Below, one piece after another: positions 43,854 through 55,367 of a DNA stretch of 64,000 nucleotides. A program made the position numbers and the translations under genes. The notes under the pieces are model-generated. The model worked only from the letters and a program-made list of their open reading frames with translations. It was not told the DNA's origin and did not search any database. Every line of letters begins with the position of its first letter. Position 1 is the stretch's first letter. Source of the stretch: Cyanidioschyzon merolae (lineage: Eukaryota); assembly GCA_000091205.1 (NCBI GenBank), contig AP006501.2. The stretch is one strand, 5' to 3'.

Positions 43854-44948
43854 ATGTCTTCCACTCACGCCAGCTTACAGGTTTCAGAGGATTCAGTGAA
43901 GAAGCCCCTGGTGGTGGAGCGTGGTAAAGATTGCGCCCCCTCAAGGCCGAGTCTCTGGAGGCGGCTCGTACAGCACGGCAGCGCAGAGTACGTCACCGTA
44001 GGGAGTATGTGTCTTAACTTTTTCTCCTCTACTTGTATTGTGGTCGCGAACAAGTACGCGATGGATTCCCTGGGTTTTCGTTATGGATCAACTCTTACGC
44101 TCTTTCACTTTATCTGTACCTCAGCGCTTCTATACGTCAGTTCGCGCTGTTTTGGCCTGTTTGAACGAAAGCCGTGCGAGCTCTACAAGGTGGCAAAGCT
44201 CGCTGCTGGCGCTGCGGGCTTTGTCGTGCTGACCAACCTCTCCCTTCAGTATAACTCTGTGGGCTTCTACCAAGTCATGAAAGTGATGACAACGCCGACA
44301 ATAGTCGTGATCGAGGCTCTCTTTTACCAGAAGCAACTGGAGAACCGGCTGAAGCTAGCACTGACCCCGGTCTGTCTCGGGGTGGTGCTGACGACCGCTA
44401 CGGACTTTCGACTCAACCTGCACGGGACGCTGATTGCCTCCGCTGGTGTTATTGTAACATCCTTGTACCAGATTTGGTCTGGAACGATGCAAAAGACGTT
44501 GCAGTTGGATGCCCTCCAATTGCAGTACTACACGTCGCCTATGAGTGCGCTTTTTCTGCTGCCTTTTGTACCGCTCATGGATAATTGGCGGCCTGGAAGT
44601 CCCGATAGCATCTTCGCCTATGCATTCACACCATATCGCCTGGGAGTGATTCTGATGACGGGCGTGCTGGCATTTCTCGTGAACATCAGCATCTTCATGG
44701 TCATCGGACGGACCAGCCCTGTCACCTATAATGTTCTTGGGCACGCGAAAACCGCAGTCATTATATCCAGCGATTTCCTCTTCTTTGGTCGTCCAAGAGA
44801 TCTCCGAAATTTCGCTGGCGTGCTGCTCACCATGATCGGTGTGGTCTGGTACACGCATTTGAAGCTCGAAGACCAGCGTTCTGACGCCAAGTCAAAGGTG
44901 AATGATTCATCTGGATCGATTTGCAAGGCGAGCACTGCGAGTCCATGA
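43854..44948 (+). CDS. Nucleotide-sugar / triose-phosphate transporter family protein (TPT/DMT superfamily, SLC35-like), about 10 TM
   Basis: Multiple hydrophobic helices. The sequence architecture is typical of the family ('VANKYAMDSLGFRYGSTLTLFHFICTSALLYV', 'YNVLGHAKTAVIISSDFLFFG'). Confidence 0.65.
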   Translation: MSSTHASLQVSEDSVKKPLVVERGKDCAPSRPSLWRRLVQHGSAEYVTVGSMCLNFFSSTCIVVANKYAMDSLGFRYGSTLTLFHFICTSALLYVSSRCFGLFERKPCELYKVAKLAAGAAGFVVLTNLSLQYNSVGFYQVMKVMTTPTIVVIEALFYQKQLENRLKLALTPVCLGVVLTTATDFRLNLHGTLIASAGVIVTSLYQIWSGTMQKTLQLDALQLQYYTSPMSALFLLPFVPLMDNWRPGSPDSIFAYAFTPYRLGVILMTGVLAFLVNISIFMVIGRTSPVTYNVLGHAKTAVIISSDFLFFGRPRDLRNFAGVLLTMIGVVWYTHLKLEDQRSDAKSKVNDSSGSICKASTASP

Positions 44949-46289
44949 TTCCTCGCTGTGGGTGCGGATATCGCGGGGCAGGAGCAGTTGCGCGCTCCCC
45001 ACGAGATGGATCAGAGGTTTCTCGGCGGGCGCTGCACCATCCACAGCATATCTTCGTATTCGCCACAGCCGACACGCCCAGTCCTGATCGATAGATTCGT
45101 AAAACAGGTACTTGCCGGCCGGCTGTCTGCAGGAATCTCCGCATGTGTCACCGTTGACGAAGATGCAATCCTGCCTCCATCGGAAGCCGCGTATTGGCGG
45201 TTTAGCGATCTTCCTGTGACATAATTCGCTCGACGCTTCCGATGGGAGGCATCTCATATTTGAGACATCGGCAGTGCGAGACATTCCAGGCGAGGTAGCA
45301 TGCAAGCGCGTCTGCGCACTACTGTGCAGTCAAACCATGCGGTCGGTGCGGCTCATTACTGTCTACAACGAGCAGGTCATGATGGGAGAAATCGAGCCCT
45401 CAAGGCACCTCGGGCTGCTGGGTTTAAAGCCCGAAAATGAAGCCGGAGCCCCCGGGCCATCGCGCGACACAGCACTCCATATCGCCGCGCAGGCAAGGAT
45501 CATATTGTGCCTTGGGTTGCTCTGAATGCCGTCCGTATTCAGATCTCTGCAATCGACTAGACGAGCGCTGAATCCGCAGCTTACAGCCCAAGTCTGCGAG
45601 GTAAACAGTGGCTTTTCGATTGCCGCCCACCGCACCTGTGATCAGGATGCGCAACCGTTTGTATGATTGGCATCTGAGAGAAGGCGTCAAGAAGCGAGCC
45701 ATGCGCCCTGCTTGGCCGTCGTGCCATACTTCGACCAGGGCGCACAGGTCATTCACCAAAGGTGATGCATCAGCTGTGAGACATACCCAGCCATAACGAA
45801 TTTCTTTGGGCGCGGTTATAGCCGCCGGCAAGCGGTCTTCTAAAGGTGTCTTTCGCACACTCCCGCCGATGCACTCATCGCTTCGCGAATGGTAAACAGA
45901 GTCTGCATACCAACCACACGCAAAAGATCCAGTAATGAAGCGCTTCTAAATCGGGTCGTGCATCGGCATCGGAGACGCTGCACTAAGGATTCCCAACAAA
46001 GAAGCACTTCTGAGCTGGAGCGTGCACCGACATTAGAGAGGCTGCAACGGTAGCTTTCAAACATTTTGGGCATATGAACCGTTCCGAGTACATGCAGACA
46101 TTGCAGAACGGCCCCATCGCAATATGAATGCAATATGCAAGGCGGTACCCTAAAAACAGCCCGCTTCAGCGTCGATTGTGATACAGCGTCTCCTACGCAT
46201 AGGATCGCAAGTTTTCATCTGCTGAGACCGCATGCCGAATTCGCCGTCCACGCCGCCTTGAGATCCATTATGGGACACGATTCATGATG

Positions 46290-47363
46290 CTACGAAAAGA
46301 GGCGGCATAGGGCAGCTCGCTCAAGATTCGCTTCGATTGCCTTGGATGCCGACAGGTAGTACCATTCTTTCTTGCTCTGCCCAGTTAAGTAACTCTTTGC
46401 ATCTCCGTATTCAAAGAAATAAGGTGGCCAGAGCACTCTTGTAGTCGCCTTGTTATATATGACATCCACATCCGCGACGCCTCCCGATTGAATAACCTTG
46501 TTCACATCGATTGTGCTCAGACTCGCGTCCAGACGAAACCGCTGAAGAATCTGCTCTGCACCGAGCGCCGATATCGCGTATGCTGCAGTGCCATAAGTTA
46601 GATGCCGAATATGGGGCAGCACAAATCTCGCAGTACAATTGATGCCCAGAGTCTCGAGCTTGAGTTCCTCAGAATAGCCAGCACGCAGCAGAGACACCAG
46701 CTTCAATTCCATCTGTAAGACTGGTCGGTCTTTGGTACATGCTGCTGCAGCAAGATCGGCAACATTGCTTTCCCATAGCGGCAGAATTTCTAGCGAGGCG
46801 TCGTCTTCAAGTAAGAGCGCTGTTCGACAACCCGCACTGCGGACCCAGAGCAGTGCCAGTAAGTGCGAAACGGAGCACGCAACCTGCGCGTCTATTGACT
46901 CCAACTTGACCGGACCTGTGAACGCGAAGACGCGTTCCTGTCTTTCTGCCAAGGACCCAGTTTCGGCTATATCCCTTCGGTAAGCATCTTTCAGGTCCAC
47001 CTCTGAAACGCCTTGCAGGTGCAGCACGTTCGGCTGATGAGCGAACCATTGAACGACTTGCGCGAGCCCCGGGCTCCGTGGCGTCTTCTCGAGGCCTACG
47101 ACCACGAGACAGTGATCTTTTCTATCCAGCGATAGCTTTTCCAGAACCTGCTCCGTCAGTTCGTCACCTGTCTTCCAAAGGCGAAACGCGGGTTTCTCGA
47201 GTGCCGCGCTCACAGAAGGCAGCCGCCGCCGCTGCACGAAAAGGCGCCGGTGCAGCACCAGCGTTGCAGCGATGAGCACCAAGGCTACCAGAACAAGCAC
47301 CCGCAGGACCCGCCTCGATAACGGTCGACAGACAAGATATTCCATATTTTTGTCCTCACGCAT
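46290..47363 (-). CDS. Type II membrane protein, glycosyltransferase family 25-like
   Basis: N-terminal signal anchor 'VLRVLVLVALVLIAATLVL'. The segment 'ACSVSHLLALLWVRSAGCRTALLLEDDASLEI' resembles the GT25 'GCxxSHxxxW...xLIxEDDxxF' core. Confidence 0.35.
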   Translation of the reverse strand: MREDKNMEYLVCRPLSRRVLRVLVLVALVLIAATLVLHRRLFVQRRRLPSVSAALEKPAFRLWKTGDELTEQVLEKLSLDRKDHCLVVVGLEKTPRSPGLAQVVQWFAHQPNVLHLQGVSEVDLKDAYRRDIAETGSLAERQERVFAFTGPVKLESIDAQVACSVSHLLALLWVRSAGCRTALLLEDDASLEILPLWESNVADLAAAACTKDRPVLQMELKLVSLLRAGYSEELKLETLGINCTARFVLPHIRHLTYGTAAYAISALGAEQILQRFRLDASLSTIDVNKVIQSGGVADVDVIYNKATTRVLWPPYFFEYGDAKSYLTGQSKKEWYYLSASKAIEANLERAALCRLFS

Positions 47364-49195
47364 CCTACGAGCTCGGCGACCATACGCTCTGCAGCTTTCT
47401 TAGAGCCCTCCAAACTTCGGGGCTACACGTTTCGCACGCATGGCGCCGCACCGGACACGTGTCGCATTCTCATACGAATCGCCAGTGCTCGATGTCGAAT
47501 CGCCGACGGTGGCGTGTGCTGGGAAAGTGTCCATATGATACATGCTTGTTCTATCTTTGCCATTTATCTTCCTTGCGGGATGGATATTGATGTTCGGGCA
47601 TGCGTCCATCATGCTTCATGCTCCGTCCAAGTACCATAAACCAAACATTCTTTCGGATATACTGGTCATTCCGTATGTTCAATCGTGCACCAAGTGGCGG
47701 CCTTGCTGCGTCCCCAATAGCACCTGTACCGCTGGTACGGATCAAGTACGGAGACAGAACAGCTTTGCCACACCACTAAGAGCGTGGGCCCGAGGCCGAA
47801 TGTATTCGAAAACCGGGCCGGGATTCGTGATCATGCTGGGAGCCTGTAAGCTGCGCAGACAAAAACTACTGCCTGTGGCAGCGCGAAGCGATGTTGTACG
47901 GGTCCAATGCGACCTGGACGACGCCCAGACGCAGCCGATATGCTCCTAGTCCCAGACTAAACTGCGTTGCGGACGAGCTGCTCAGGTGTTACTCCAACGT
48001 CCGCCAATGGGGACGCACGAAGCGTTTGCCCAGCAGACTCGTCGAGCTCGCGGGACCTTCCGCCTACAAGGTAGACTTTAGAATTTACGGAAAACATTGC
48101 CCGCTTTCAACGCATACCGTTGAGGGGAAAGAAATCGTTATCTCATCGCTAGTTAGTGGTTCGTTTGTGTTCTTTACTATGAGGATCGTTCAACACCTCA
48201 TCCGTCGTCGATGCTTTCTTCGTGCCCTCTCCTTTGCACGAGAACAATGAATCTCCGAGCGGCATTCCAGATATCACTGCAGCGTGGCTGCTATCGCGAA
48301 GGTTCAGCACACTGTATCGGCCTTGTGTGACGTCTTGCGAACGTGCCCCTTGCGAAGGCGTGAGCAACGCAGGGTTGGGGCTCTAAATGCACTGAAAGAT
48401 GCAGCGATGGAAACTGGAGTGAGGGAGCTGAGCGACCGACCTCCCGTCGTACGTGGAACGTATTGAAACCCATCAAACAGAACGAAAGGGTAGCGTCGAA
48501 TGTGCGTGTGGTGGACATCGATGAATTGCGGACGTCGATCACGTGTTTTTGGTGCACAAGTTGCCTCCCGAAAATGACTGGGATGACGACGAGACTCATC
48601 ACCAACGACGCAACGAAAGAAAAAGATTGATGTCGTGTATTGCTCGGATCCCCAAAGTGCAGCTCCACTAGAGTGTCAGACGCCAGGGCAGAGGGTAATC
48701 TTCCAGCCGAGGCACCATATCAAACCGTGACAACAGTGGATGCTCCAGCACTTTGTAGCTGTTAAAGATCAGAATGAGAGGAGGTCAACAACCTGCATCG
48801 CTTCGTCGCACAAGAGAAATTAGAAATCCAAGCCCAGAGGGAAAAAGCTTATAATCCTCCCATACCAGAGTTCTTGATACGAGAGAATGGCTGTTGTGTC
48901 CTGGGTCTCGTACACAACGAGCATGATGTACTCTGATACAGCAATGAGACAGCATTGGTATCAGATCGTACGCAGAGCCTGGCGGAGGCACCCGCGAGCC
49001 GTCGCGAAGCGCAGCTCCTGATGCGCGCGTCGATGCTGCAATCTGAAAGCGGCGGCGGCATCGCGACGCTGCACCACAGAGACTGCTTCGAGACGTTCAT
49101 GCCTTACTGCTGTGATTCACGAGCGCTTCACCATAACCGTGCCTTACACTGCGGAAAACTTTTGGGACTCTTGTAAAGAGTGGTCTGGTTCCTAG

Positions 49196-50377
49196 ATGGT
49201 GCTAAATATACCTCGGCCGTTGAGCAAGGTTGCGGGTCCGCGGGAGATTGTTCGTCAGTTCGTGCCGAGCTGGTTTGCAGTGACCATGGGTACGGGGATC
49301 CTGGCGGTAGTCATTAAAGACTTCCCGTTCCAGTTTCCGCACCAAGACGACCTCGGCTGGGCGTATTGGTTCTTTAACGTCGGATTGTTTGGGATCTTTT
49401 CGATTCTCTTTCTGAGCCGATGGATTTTTTTCTTTAACGACGCCATCCCAATGTTCCATCATCCTGTTCAATCCATGTTTCTTGGCGCTATTCCAATGGG
49501 TCTTGCAACAATCGTTAACGGGTTGGTGCTCTTTGGCACGCCGCACTGGGGCAACAGTGCAACGATAGCGGCCATCGTGCTTTGGTTTGTGGATGTGGGC
49601 CTCGCGGTCCTTTGTGGGCTGCTTGTTCCGATATTCATGCTCACGACACATTCGCACGCTTTGGAAAGCATGAGCGCAGTCTGGCTTCTACCAGTGGTTC
49701 CTGGCGAAGTCGCAGCGGCCTCTGGAGGTCTCCTGCTCGCGGTCGTTCAGAACCAGCGGCTTGCTCAGAATATTGCGTTCATCAGCATGCTCTTATGGGG
49801 ATTTTCGGTCCCGCTCTCAATGAGCATTTTGGTGATATTCTTCTTGCGTCTCGTACTGCACAAGCTACCGCCATCAGATCTAATTATTAGTTGTCTCCTT
49901 CCGCTGGGCCCGATAGGTACCGGGGCGCTAGCTGCCACCGAACTGGGACTCTACGCGAAGCGCACCTTTGAGAACAGCGGTTATGGCGTCTCCGCGACAA
50001 CTTTCCAGAGCTTGGCCTCTGCCACCCCGGCAATTGCCATGTTCGTTGCTACTGCTTTGTGGGGCTATGGCGTCTGGTGGCTGGTGATTGCCATTTTTGC
50101 AATCGGGCACACGCTAAGAAACCGACTACCATTTAATCTGGGATGGTGGGGTTTGATCTTCCCTCTGGGCGTGTTCACTGCATCAACAGCAGATCTTTAC
50201 AAATTAACGGATTTCTATCTGTTTCGCATACCAGCAGCGGTGCTTATATGCATCCTATTCGTGCTGTGGTGGGTTGTTATGTTCCACACGGTGGTACGAG
50301 CTTATTCAGGGGAGTTATTTTATGCACCGTGCCTTGGACCACGACAGGCTTGTACGCAAAACGAGCTTGAGATTTGA
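49196..50377 (+). CDS. TDT-family transporter (tellurite-resistance/C4-dicarboxylate transporter; SLAC1/Mae1/Ssu1-like), 10 TM
   Basis: The hydrophobic profile and the segments 'VPSWFAVTMGTGIL', 'WLLPVVPGEVAAASGGLL' and 'LPLGPIGTGALAA' resemble TehA/Mae1/SLAC1 family signatures. Confidence 0.6.
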   Translation: MVLNIPRPLSKVAGPREIVRQFVPSWFAVTMGTGILAVVIKDFPFQFPHQDDLGWAYWFFNVGLFGIFSILFLSRWIFFFNDAIPMFHHPVQSMFLGAIPMGLATIVNGLVLFGTPHWGNSATIAAIVLWFVDVGLAVLCGLLVPIFMLTTHSHALESMSAVWLLPVVPGEVAAASGGLLLAVVQNQRLAQNIAFISMLLWGFSVPLSMSILVIFFLRLVLHKLPPSDLIISCLLPLGPIGTGALAATELGLYAKRTFENSGYGVSATTFQSLASATPAIAMFVATALWGYGVWWLVIAIFAIGHTLRNRLPFNLGWWGLIFPLGVFTASTADLYKLTDFYLFRIPAAVLICILFVLWWVVMFHTVVRAYSGELFYAPCLGPRQACTQNELEI

Positions 50378-51015
50378 GTGGGTCATCTATGAATAGTCAG
50401 CTGCAGTCGATAAAGTATCCACATTGTCGAAGTGAACTGGCAACACTTATGAATCTGCGGTTCAAGAAAATCAGTGCTGGATTTCAGGCCGCTCCAGCAG
50501 GTGCAAACCTTACCGTCCTTGACGCGGAAGCACGCGGCTGTCAGCGCTCCATATGCAGTCGTGCTCACAGAGTGCCGGATCAGGTAACTTGCGTAGTTAA
50601 ACAATTTAAATCAGTTCCGCATTCCAAGGTCCATGCAGAATGAACTAGAAGCATAAGGAATACACGCATACCCGAGCTCGCGAACTGGTGCGTGACTAGT
50701 TTGTTTACGACCAAGATGCATAACAAAACTACCATTAACTAGTTTTTTCCAGTGACAAACGTTTACTTAGGCCAGCGTTCTCCGAATATGCGCATTTTTT
50801 TCCATTGACAAAACTACCATTGACTAGTGGAATGCACGCCTCACTTGCCAACGCGCTGACCAGCGCTGATACCAGGACGCGCTGCTACGCAGCATCCGCT
50901 TCGGTGCTCCTAAACTTTAGGGCGATACTCCAGCGCTGTAGTGTTTGCTGGATCAGACCTGAATATGACTTAGTCAACTTTAAACGGTTCCTCTAGCGTC
51001 TTTCTCAATAGAGTT

Positions 51016-52308
51016 TTGAAGATGCGGATCGCGAGAGGTGTTTTGTTCTGGCTGCTCTGTGTGAACTTTTGCTGGTGCCACTTATCCATCGGTGCGCTGC
51101 GGGCGGTACGAGCGATTTCCGTGTCTGAGGAAGTCTCGCTTCCAGGGTTTCGCCTCTTTCCTCGGGTTCCTCAGTCTGAGGCGAGTACTATTTTCTTTCG
51201 GGATCTGCTGCTCCCGAAAAAAACTTACAGTATCGACTGGAGCGCGGAAGCTTCGAGCCGATCGCTGACGAGTGGCTTGCGCAATGATAGAGGCACGTTT
51301 ACGACAAGCGAGGGAAACGTTACGTACGTGCAGACGTTGCGGGACGCTGACGGACACCTCTATGTGTGTCGTGTACCAGCAGATGAGCCTGCAACGCCCA
51401 ACAACGTTGAGACGGTATCCATGGATGTGGAATCGGAGCCTACCATCGATCTGGACGCGGCTCTGCAGAAACAGCTGAAGGACAAGTGCTTCTACCGGCA
51501 GGGAGGTTGGCGGGTGTTCGAGTTCTGTTTTCACAGGCACGTGCGCCATTTTCACTGGGAGAGACGGCGCTCGATGCCTGCAGAGCGCGAGCGAATTCGT
51601 GCGGAGATTGAACAACTTCTGAAGGAGCACGTTTTCCCCGAAGGCCCGAATGGCGAACCTGGTAGAAAACGTTTCCTGCGGCTGCTGATACAGGCTCAAC
51701 AAATACCACCTGACGGGAGCCTGAACCTCATCATCAAGGACGAGGTCTGCATGGGCATGTACGATGAAGCACTCGACCGCGAAAGGATACGTAACGGCAC
51801 GAATTTGATCACCAGTGGTGCCTTTTTCAGCGGGCGACGCTGGCAGGCACCCCCGCAAGCAACCAACGGTGCTGCGTCGCGCGTCGACCGTGGGTCGGAC
51901 GCTGAGTACCGCCTGGAATCCGATGGACGTGTGCTCCCAGTTGCAGGGGAAGGTATCGGAAGCGCCGTCGCTTACTTGGTGCAACCGTATACGAGAGACG
52001 GGGATCATTGCGACATAACAGGACGTCCACGCCGCACGATGGTACGCTACCGTTGCATTGAGGATGTTCCGCGGATTGCAATTTTCGATCCATCCCCCGT
52101 GGTAAGCTCGTTCATTGCCTCCGTGCATGAGCGAAGCACCTGCGAATACGACCTCGTTTTTGTGACGGATGCGGTCTGCTCACATCCAGCTTTTGTTTCA
52201 CCTGCACGCCATTCGGTGCCCGTTGTATGCGAACGCATGTCATCTGAGATGGAAGCGATAAACATTTCGCCGGGTAGCGCGCAGCATCCTGCTCTGCATC
52301 GTAGTTGA
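51016..52308 (+). CDS. OS-9/Yos9-like ER lectin with mannose-6-phosphate receptor homology (MRH) domain. It is secretory (signal peptide present).
   Basis: Signal peptide 'MKMRIARGVLFWLLCVNFCWC'. MRH-type cysteine and aromatic pattern 'CFYRQGGWRVFEFCFHRHVRHFHWE' and 'CDITGRPRRTMVRYRCIE...IASVHERSTCEYDLVFVTDAVC'. Confidence 0.6.
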   Translation: MKMRIARGVLFWLLCVNFCWCHLSIGALRAVRAISVSEEVSLPGFRLFPRVPQSEASTIFFRDLLLPKKTYSIDWSAEASSRSLTSGLRNDRGTFTTSEGNVTYVQTLRDADGHLYVCRVPADEPATPNNVETVSMDVESEPTIDLDAALQKQLKDKCFYRQGGWRVFEFCFHRHVRHFHWERRRSMPAERERIRAEIEQLLKEHVFPEGPNGEPGRKRFLRLLIQAQQIPPDGSLNLIIKDEVCMGMYDEALDRERIRNGTNLITSGAFFSGRRWQAPPQATNGAASRVDRGSDAEYRLESDGRVLPVAGEGIGSAVAYLVQPYTRDGDHCDITGRPRRTMVRYRCIEDVPRIAIFDPSPVVSSFIASVHERSTCEYDLVFVTDAVCSHPAFVSPARHSVPVVCERMSSEMEAINISPGSAQHPALHRS

Positions 52309-53048
52309 CGATGGTGCTGCTATGAACGTGATTCCTTTCCAATTGCGAAGACATGGGGATGAAAGGGAGTCAAATGCATGTGCGTCTCTGGTACAATGAG
52401 GCGAGCTGAGCACTGCGACACGCTCTGCGGGTTGTGATGTTCATGGTTCCCGGCTACTGCCCGGCTAGGATCTAGGGTTCGCGTCGCCTCCAAGACTCGC
52501 CACTTCGGCAGAATCACTCATGGACAATGATCACCTGATGAAGATCGCATATTCGCTGGAGCATGCCTGACAGCTCTAGAGCCCGTCGATACGACGGGGG
52601 ATCGCCTACTCGACGGGCACATGCGATTGGAGCATTCTCCTCGAGCGGTATGCCTTCACTGGGATCCGCGCTTCGCTGCGACTTGTGAGTACAGCGCGAT
52701 ATCCAGCGGAATTGTTGGTCCTGTGTCGTTGCTCCGTAGGCGTCGGCGCTTTCGAATGCTTTGCGCTCTGGTGAGCAGTGGTTATCCATATGACCGAGTG
52801 CATCCGTTCATGCTGGAACCTGGAAGGCAAGCTGGGGTTTATCTGGATGTGGAGACGCTTTCATCGCTCCGGTAGCCTGGGCATCTCCTGGGATACGTCT
52901 GCAATCCATGCAACTGCTAGAAGAGCAACGTCTTTTACCGGATCTGGATGCGGCGACGCTGTCATAGCTGCGGGTACCCTGGCCATCTTCTGAGCTACAT
53001 TTGGACGGAGGCGCGGACTCATTTCATCAGAACACACGAAGCGCATCT

Positions 53049-55367
53049 TTAACGCCATTGAATGATGCTTAGACCGTCTCGAATAGGCAAAATGACCTGC
53101 GTAACGCGTGCATCTTCCAGTACGTGTTGGTTAAAGGCATGAACCGCGTCCATGAGCTTCCGACTGCGTAGCGCGATGCGCTCTGCATGTTCGCCAAATT
53201 CAACATCCTCCATTTGGGCGTGTTTCTGCTTCCCGTAAACAGGCCGAAACAGAACATTATCGACAAGCAACGCACCATTCGGAGATAAGAGTCTATGATC
53301 CAGGATGAAATCAAAGTAGGTGATGTACCGGCGCTTGTCAGCGTCGAGATATATGAGATCAAAAGGCGCAACAGCTTGGTCGCGGAAGCGCTCCAGTACA
53401 TCCAAAACGGCGCCTCGGTGCAGCTCAATAGGCGCCAGCTGACCAGCAACACATTTGAAGAACTGCTCGGCGGTGTCTGCAGCGTTGGGGTCCTGCTCAA
53501 CCGTCACCACAGTTTGGACGTGGTTCGGACCCATGGCGCCAGCAAAACACAACGTTGCATAACCGGTAAACGTGCCCAGCTCGAGCACACGTTGCGCTCG
53601 CAACAGCCTAGCGACCGCGTGCAGGACGGCACCTTGGACAGGTCCACTCATCATGTGCGCGGCTTGCGGGAACTTGCGATGCGTCTCGGCCGCGAGCTCC
53701 CGCAGGATTGGTGCTTCGGTACCCCAGGGAGCGGTGCGGCTCATGGTCTGTGCGTACCAGTGCAGCTCATTGCTAGCGCTTGCGAGTGCAAGCTCGAGAC
53801 CTCGCTGGCACTCGGGGCTACAGCATCCCGAGAGCCGGTGGCGACAACGTGCGCACTGGATCATCCGTCGATGGCAAGGTACATGCGCACAGTGCAAGAC
53901 GTCCAGTGCTGGGGCACTGCACGTTTCACATCGGCTCAAAATATCATTCGTCACCGGGGTTTTGAGGCGTTCATCGAATACATAGATGGATCCTTTGAAT
54001 TTGGGATCCCATCCTTGACGATGCGCCTCTGCGGCGTACGAAACGACGCCGCCGGCAAGTCGCTCCACGCGTTGAAATCCGAGGCGGTTCTCCAGATAGG
54101 CAGCTGCTTTGACACAGCGAATTCCGCCTGTGCAAAAAGTGAGTATCCGTCGATCTCGAGGCTCGTTTGCTAGACGCGCCTCAAGCGCTTTCCAAGTCTC
54201 CCGGTAGGTGCGGGTGTTCAGGGGGCGAGCCTCAGCGCTCCCGAAAAATGTTCCAAGCTGCGTCTCGTAATCATTCCTCACGTCGATCAGAATGGCGTGC
54301 GGGTCTTCCAAAGCCTGATGCCACTCTGCCGGGCTCAGCTCTCGACCAGCTTGCGTCAGATCAAGCGGCTCCTTGAGACCGTCAGCGACGATTTTCTGCC
54401 GACAACGGATATGTAGGTTACGAAACGGAGGCTGTGCAGCGAATTGAGCTGCCGACAGCAACTGTGGATCCAAGTTCAGATAGACACCAGCGAGTTCAAC
54501 CAGGTACGGAGACTCGGCTTCGAGCAACCGCTTCAACGCGTCGAGGCTACGCAGAGGAACTGCGACCTGCGCGTTGATGCCCTCCGGTGCTATGTAGATG
54601 CGACCGCGAATCGCCAGTGGTTTCAGGTAGAAACGTAGACGAGAGGCGAGCTCTTCCGGCTCTGCAATGGGCACAAAGCGATAGAATGAAAGCATTTGGA
54701 TATCTTCGTCTACGGCATCGAGCTCCTTGGCTGGATAAAATGGCGGCAACATCCGTGCCCGCTGCCGTTCTCGTACCCCGTCGGTGTTTCGGGGCCGCTG
54801 TCGAAACTCCTCTATCATAGAATCGCTGATTTGCGGGTCGAAACGCAGATACAGAGGGGCTTTGGCTTGCCAAGCCTCTTTTAACAGTGCATCAGAGTCA
54901 ACGAGCTCCAGCGAGTCTGGCCTGTGTGCAACAAGGACAACGTGAAGCGGTGTGCCCTCGAGTCGTTGCAGCGCTGAGAAGCGTTCCCATATCCCTTTTC
55001 GAAGCAATTCAAGACTCGGCTCGGTTCCGGGAACAAAGATGCGTCCTTTCCGGTCACTGGCCGCCACCCGAAGAGCAGCTCGTAGTTGCGGTGCTAAATA
55101 GACCCGAAATACCCACTGGGCACCCTGGAACTCGCGTTCTGGTTCACGAGTGCTTCCGGTCACATAAGCCAGATCCGGCACGTTTGCTGATAGGTGCCGA
55201 AGCACGCTCCGCTGCGACCGGCGACGGCATGCGGCGACCTTGAGACCTCGCCGAAACGCAAAACAGAAAGTTTTCGAAGGCGAACTTGTCCAGAAAGCGA
55301 CGGGTTGTGCGAAAGCGACTGCCTTCAACTGTGTACACGGCGACATCCACAGCATGAGCAAACGCAT
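53049..55367 (-). CDS. Fusion protein: TrhO/YceA-type rhodanese tRNA U34 hydroxylase domain plus C-terminal class I SAM-dependent O-methyltransferase (CCoAOMT/TrmR family). It also has an N-terminal extension of about 190 aa.
   Basis: TrhO part: 'SFYRFVPIAEPEE', 'GRIYIAPEGINAQVAVP', 'IRCRQKIVADGL', 'HAILIDVRNDYETQLG', 'ILTFCTGGIRCVKAAAYLENRLGFQRVERLAGGVVSYA', 'GSIYVFDERL', and a Cys-rich tail. E. coli YceA reads 'YCTGGIRCEKASAWM', 'GKNFVFDERM'. OMT part: 'RVLELGTFTGYATLCFAG', 'VVTVEQDPNAADTAEQFF', 'FDLIYLDADKRRYITYFDFILDHRLLSPNGALLVDNVLF'. Confidence 0.85.
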   Translation of the reverse strand: MRLLMLWMSPCTQLKAVAFAQPVAFWTSSPSKTFCFAFRRGLKVAACRRRSQRSVLRHLSANVPDLAYVTGSTREPEREFQGAQWVFRVYLAPQLRAALRVAASDRKGRIFVPGTEPSLELLRKGIWERFSALQRLEGTPLHVVLVAHRPDSLELVDSDALLKEAWQAKAPLYLRFDPQISDSMIEEFRQRPRNTDGVRERQRARMLPPFYPAKELDAVDEDIQMLSFYRFVPIAEPEELASRLRFYLKPLAIRGRIYIAPEGINAQVAVPLRSLDALKRLLEAESPYLVELAGVYLNLDPQLLSAAQFAAQPPFRNLHIRCRQKIVADGLKEPLDLTQAGRELSPAEWHQALEDPHAILIDVRNDYETQLGTFFGSAEARPLNTRTYRETWKALEARLANEPRDRRILTFCTGGIRCVKAAAYLENRLGFQRVERLAGGVVSYAAEAHRQGWDPKFKGSIYVFDERLKTPVTNDILSRCETCSAPALDVLHCAHVPCHRRMIQCARCRHRLSGCCSPECQRGLELALASASNELHWYAQTMSRTAPWGTEAPILRELAAETHRKFPQAAHMMSGPVQGAVLHAVARLLRAQRVLELGTFTGYATLCFAGAMGPNHVQTVVTVEQDPNAADTAEQFFKCVAGQLAPIELHRGAVLDVLERFRDQAVAPFDLIYLDADKRRYITYFDFILDHRLLSPNGALLVDNVLFRPVYGKQKHAQMEDVEFGEHAERIALRSRKLMDAVHAFNQHVLEDARVTQVILPIRDGLSIIQWR

